Below are positions 59,614 to 64,000 of a stretch of 64,000 nucleotides of DNA, piece after piece; position 1 is the first letter of the stretch, and every line of letters begins with the position of its first letter. This DNA comes from Mustelus asterias (lineage: Eukaryota): contig NW_027590139.1 of assembly GCF_964213995.1 (NCBI RefSeq), forward strand, positions 124,001 through 188,000, written 5' to 3'. The notes under the pieces are model-generated. The model was given only the letters and a program-made list of their open reading frames with translations, was not told where the DNA came from and ran no database searches. Position numbers and translations under genes: made by a program.

Positions 59614-60290
59614 AGAATCTGGTGAACTGGTGCGGCGGCAATAATCTCTCCCTCAATGCCAACAAAATGAAGGAGACTGACATCGGTTTCCGGAAGCGTA
59701 AAGGAGAACATGCCACTGTCTACTTCAATAGGGACGATACAGAAAGGGTCGAGAGCTTCATGTTTTTCGGTGTCCCAATCACCAACAACCTGTCCTGGTC
59801 CCCGCCATGCTGACACTATAGTTAAGCCCACCAACGCCTCTACTTTCTCAGAACACTAAGGAAATTTGGCACATCAGCTATGACTCTCACCAACTTCTAC
59901 AGATTCACCAGAGAAAGCATTCTCTCCGGTTGTATCACAGCTTGGTATGGCTCCTGCTCTGTCCAAGACCACAATAAACTACAAAGGTCATGAACAAAAC
60001 CCAATCCATCACGCAAACTGGCCTCCCATCCATTGACTATGTCTACACTTCCCGCTGCCCCCACAAAGCAGCCAGCATAATTAAGGACCCCACCCACCCC
60101 AGACATTCTCTCTTCCACCTTCTTCTGTCAGGAAAAAGACACAAAAATCAGGACACGTACCAACTGACTCAAGAGCAGCTTCCTCCCTGCTGCCATCAGA
60201 CTTTTGAATGGACCTACCTCGCATTCAGTTGATCTTTTTCTGCACCCTCGCTCTGACTGTAACACTACATTCTGCACCAGCTTCTTTCCT
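59588..60290 (+). mobile_element. Rex1/Babar-type LINE 3' fragment
   Basis: DETEYRNEIENLVNWCGGNNLSLNANKMKE...; KAASIIKDPTHPRHSLFHLL. Confidence 0.88.
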
Positions 60291-60899
60291 TCTCGATGAA
60301 TAGATTATCCATTTTACTGTAATTTTCCTCACTTTGTGAGCATGTGCAGTGTGTTTAATTGGATCCTGATTGTTTTGAACTCAGTTTCTCTCTGGAGTGT
60401 GTGTCAGTGCCTTGATGATGTCACAATGTTGTCACAATCCCCTGGCCACATTAACCATTTCATCTCCTGCTGTGTCTCAAGTAGCTGTGTGTGTTTGGGA
60501 CCCGCTCTTCACTCCATCTCACCATGAATTTATGCTTGTTATTTTTCACATGTAACAAATCACATCTGCACACACACTCCGGTATCCCAACATCATGTCA
60601 CACATTCTTAACTCTCAGAGGCGCGGATGAAAAGATCAAAGTGAGTGTCTGTCTTTCTTATCTCCCCCGTTATGGTGCTGATATTTCATGTAGTGGCCGG
60701 GCTTTCAAATGTGGATTTTTAAAAAACAAAGTTCATGGACAAAAATGTAAATATCTCCCAGAGAAAGTGATCAATTTATTCATCCCAGCTACACATTCCA
60801 GCCTTTCACTCACTGTAGGTGGATACCAGATTGATATATTCCATTCAACCACACCCAAGGTGAGTTATTCCAATTCCTTTATTGTCCAGGACAATATAT

Positions 60900-61518
60900 T
60901 CACAATATCTTTAAAACAGAAATTAAACATTCCCATTTGATTTCAGGTATTAACATATTCTGTTAGTTTGTTCTTTATTGTCGATGTCAGGCTGGGGTTG
61001 TTCCCCTTGGAGCAAAGGAGGTTGAGGGGAGATTTGATAGAGGTGGACAAGATTCTGACAGGTTTAGATAAGGTGGACAAAGAAAAGCTGTTCCCATTAG
61101 CTGATGGGACAAGGACGAGGGGGACATTGATTTAAGGTTTTGGGTCAGAGATGCAGGGGGTGATGTGGGAAGAATATTTTGATGCAGCGAATGGTAATGA
61201 CCTGGAACTCGCTGCCTCCGAGGGCGGAGGAAGTGGAGACAATAAACAATTACAAAGGAAAGTGGATGGGCATTTGAGGGGTTTTAGACAGAAATGCTGA
61301 CTAAAGATCTCTTACCTTCCCTGTCACTCTGTGATCCTTGAGAAATCTGAAACCAGGTATTCACAACAAGTCTCAAAGAGCATCAGCCCACTGGAGGCAA
61401 ACTTTGTGAGACCGGCCAGTCCAGCAGAAAGAAACCCTCCGACCCTCCCCATTGACCAACTGTGAGAATGAACAAAATGCAATCCTGGATGTAATTGAGA
61501 GCAGAAACAATAACAGCA
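60900..61518 (-). repeat. Inverted copy of ZNF-B/D 3' UTR and flank
   Basis: Reverse complement of about 36200-36830. Confidence 0.9.
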
Positions 61519-62058
61519 GAATCCAACCCGTGTGATCACACCGTGAGTTCACACCAGGGAGAAACCGTTCACCTGATGTGTGTGGGAAGGAATTCACTCA
61601 TTCATCCAGCCTGCAGAACCATAATCTCACTCACACCAATGAGACCCCCTTTAAATGCTCGGATTGTGGAAGTGGTTTCAAAAGTTCTCGGGATGTGATG
61701 ATCCACCAGTGCATTCACACTGAGGAGAGACCATTCAGCTGCTCTCACTGCACAAAGAGATTTAGAACGTCATCCCACCTGCGGGAACACCAGCGAGTTC
61801 ACACTGGGGAGAGACCGTTCACCTGCTGTGTGTGGGAAAGGATTCACTCAGTCATCCAGCCTGCGGAGACACCAGCGAGTTCACACTGGGGAGAGACCAT
61901 TCCCCTGCTCCGTGTGTGGGAAAGGATTCACTCAGTCATCCAGCCTGCGGGAACACCAGCGAGTTCACACTGGGGAGAGACCGTTCACCTGCTGTGCGTG
62001 TGGGAAAGGATTCACTCAGTCATCCAGCCTGCGGAGACACCAGCGAGCTCACAAGTGA
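61519..62058 (+). pseudogene. Frameshifted zinc-finger tail (probable separated 3' end of ZNF-E or a close paralog)
   Basis: About 6 fingers of the ZNF-E type, frameshift at about 61830, stop at 62058 and a ZNF-type 3' UTR. Confidence 0.8.
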
Positions 62059-62894
62059 TGACAGGGGTTGGATTCTGCTGTTCTTGCTGCTGTTAATCTC
62101 ATCCAGGACTGAACCATGTTCATTCTGACAGTTGGTGAAGTGGGAGGGTCGGAGGGTTTCTTTCTGTTGGACTGGCTGTTCTCACGACTTTACTTCGAGT
62201 TCGCTGATGCTCTTTGAGCCTGGGAGAGCACATTTCCACTGAAAGGACATTTATTTTATCCTGGATAGTAAATAGTGTTTTTCCTACCACGACAGGTTGA
62301 TCTAAAATAAATACACAAAGAGCTGGAAAAACACAACACGTCTTGCAGCATCTGTGGAGAGAGAAACAGTGTTAATGTTTCACACGACTGGATTGGGAAT
62401 CAATCTTGTGAACCTCCTCTGAACTGCTTCCAATGCATTTATGTCCTTTGTTTAATAGGAGACAAAATTGTACCCTGTGTTCAAGCTGCAATCTCAGCAA
62501 CGCCCTGCACAACTGAAGCATAACATCTTTACTTCTATGTTCAATTTCTCTCAGAATAAAGGATAACATTCCATTTATAAAAACTTTGATTTGTTTGAAC
62601 TAAGATTTATGGGGGTTCTCTTGTTTACAATAACCTCCCTAATCGTAAATCACACCAGGTTCCAGTGACTTAACCATATGGCAAGAAAGGATATTTTAAA
62701 TGGTGAATTCAGAAAGTTTATTAACCATTAAAAATGTAACAAGACAGAAAGATAAAAAAGCAAAGTATGGATCAACAGCAAAAGGAGGAAAGCTGAACTT
62801 TAACTTCTCCATCCTTCTCAAACCAGGACATGAAGTGATGGCTCTGAAAACGTGGATAACTTGAAAAACTAACAGCTCTCAACGTCTCTCTGTA

Positions 62895-63180
62895 GGGCAC
62901 AGTGTGAGGCACTGCTGCCTCACAGCAGAGGGTTCGAGTCCCGGCTTGGGTCACTGGTTGTGCGGAGTTCGCCCATTCTCCCCGTGTCTGTGCAGGTTTC
63001 CTCCGGGTGCTCCAGTTTCCTCCCACAGTCCGAAAGACGTGCTGGTTGGGTACATTGGCCATGCTAAATTCTCCCTCAGTTTACCCGAACAGGCGCCAGA
63101 GTGTGGTGACTGGGGGATTTTCAGAGTAACTTCATTGCAATGTTAATGTAAGTCTATGTGTGACACTAATAAACAAACTA
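62895..63180 (+). mobile_element. V-SINE
   Basis: SINE head, V-domain and ctaataaac tail. Confidence 0.85.
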
Positions 63181-64000
63181 TAAAAAAAGTTAACTTTTAA
63201 ACACTTTTACTGAATTGGTTTCTCGAATCCCCTTTTTTATACTTTAAAAATGTAGAAAGCCATCCTCAGCTAATTGTTAGGAATTAGTGAATTGGTCTAT
63301 AACTTGTCAATAATGAAATTGATTTGGTTTTTAGCTAATTGCACATATTGTCTTAATTTGAAGACATATCTTTCTCTCAAACGATATCTCTTAGCTTGGG
63401 GTAGCCTGATAATTGGGTCAACCGATAATTGGTTCACATCAGTCATTCAATGTTGAGACATCTTGAACAGGAGCCGATTTATTCCCTCCAGTCAAGGTTA
63501 ACAAGTCCTTTCATCTTTCTTTATTCTGTCAGCATGGAAGGGAGCATCTGATAATTCCCACAGCATTTTAACCATTCTTAATGTGTTTATAATTCTAAGT
63601 TATAAACTTGTGTTCAAATTTACATTTCCAGCCTTTATAACATATGTATTAATGAATCATTTATTATTTAATTGTCTCACAATTAAGGCTGTCTATTTAA
63701 CTAATCTGGCTGCTTTCCAATTGTGGGAACTTCAGGGCACAAAAAAGGTAGTTAGAGTCATAGAGGTTTACAGCATGGAAACAGGCCTTTCGGCCCAACT
63801 TGTCCATGCCGCCCAGTTTTTACCACTAAACTAGTCCTAATTGCCCTGTAATATTACTCATGATCTGTGCTTCCAAGCATTTTGAATGTGCATCTACAAT
63901 AAGCAAACACATGTGATTCATGAAAGGCCCCCCAAGGGCCACATGTAGTCTGGACCACGGCCTATTAGGCCACTCCCGAGGATGAAGTGGTAATGTCCCC

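Overview
Vertebrate nuclear DNA, almost certainly a cartilaginous fish (shark). The repeat set is V-SINE/HE1-type SINEs, CR1, L2, Rex1, Tx1 and Penelope elements. The window has two domains. (1) About 1-19.85 kb is the decaying edge of a T-cell receptor alpha/delta-type V-segment array. It holds one intact V (leader + V exon + 23-RSS), one frameshifted V with an intact RSS, one inverted V pseudogene that the ORF track misses, two truncated Vs and one relic. These are interleaved with a tRNA gene/pseudogene cluster (Val-CAC x2, Arg-ACG, Arg-CCT, and an intron-containing Pro-CGG split by a young CR1), CTCF-like motifs, and an unusual 508-bp LTR-derived fold-back element with 113-bp inverted termini and a 5-bp TSD. 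(2) After an abrupt V/CR1 breakpoint at about 19.85 kb come an unprocessed, 3'-truncated EMC4 pseudogene with a CpG promoter and a cluster of KRAB-less C2H2 zinc-finger genes. That cluster was built by inverted duplication and partly disrupted by retroelements. I recognised no D, J or C segments. All calls are by eye; no searches were run.
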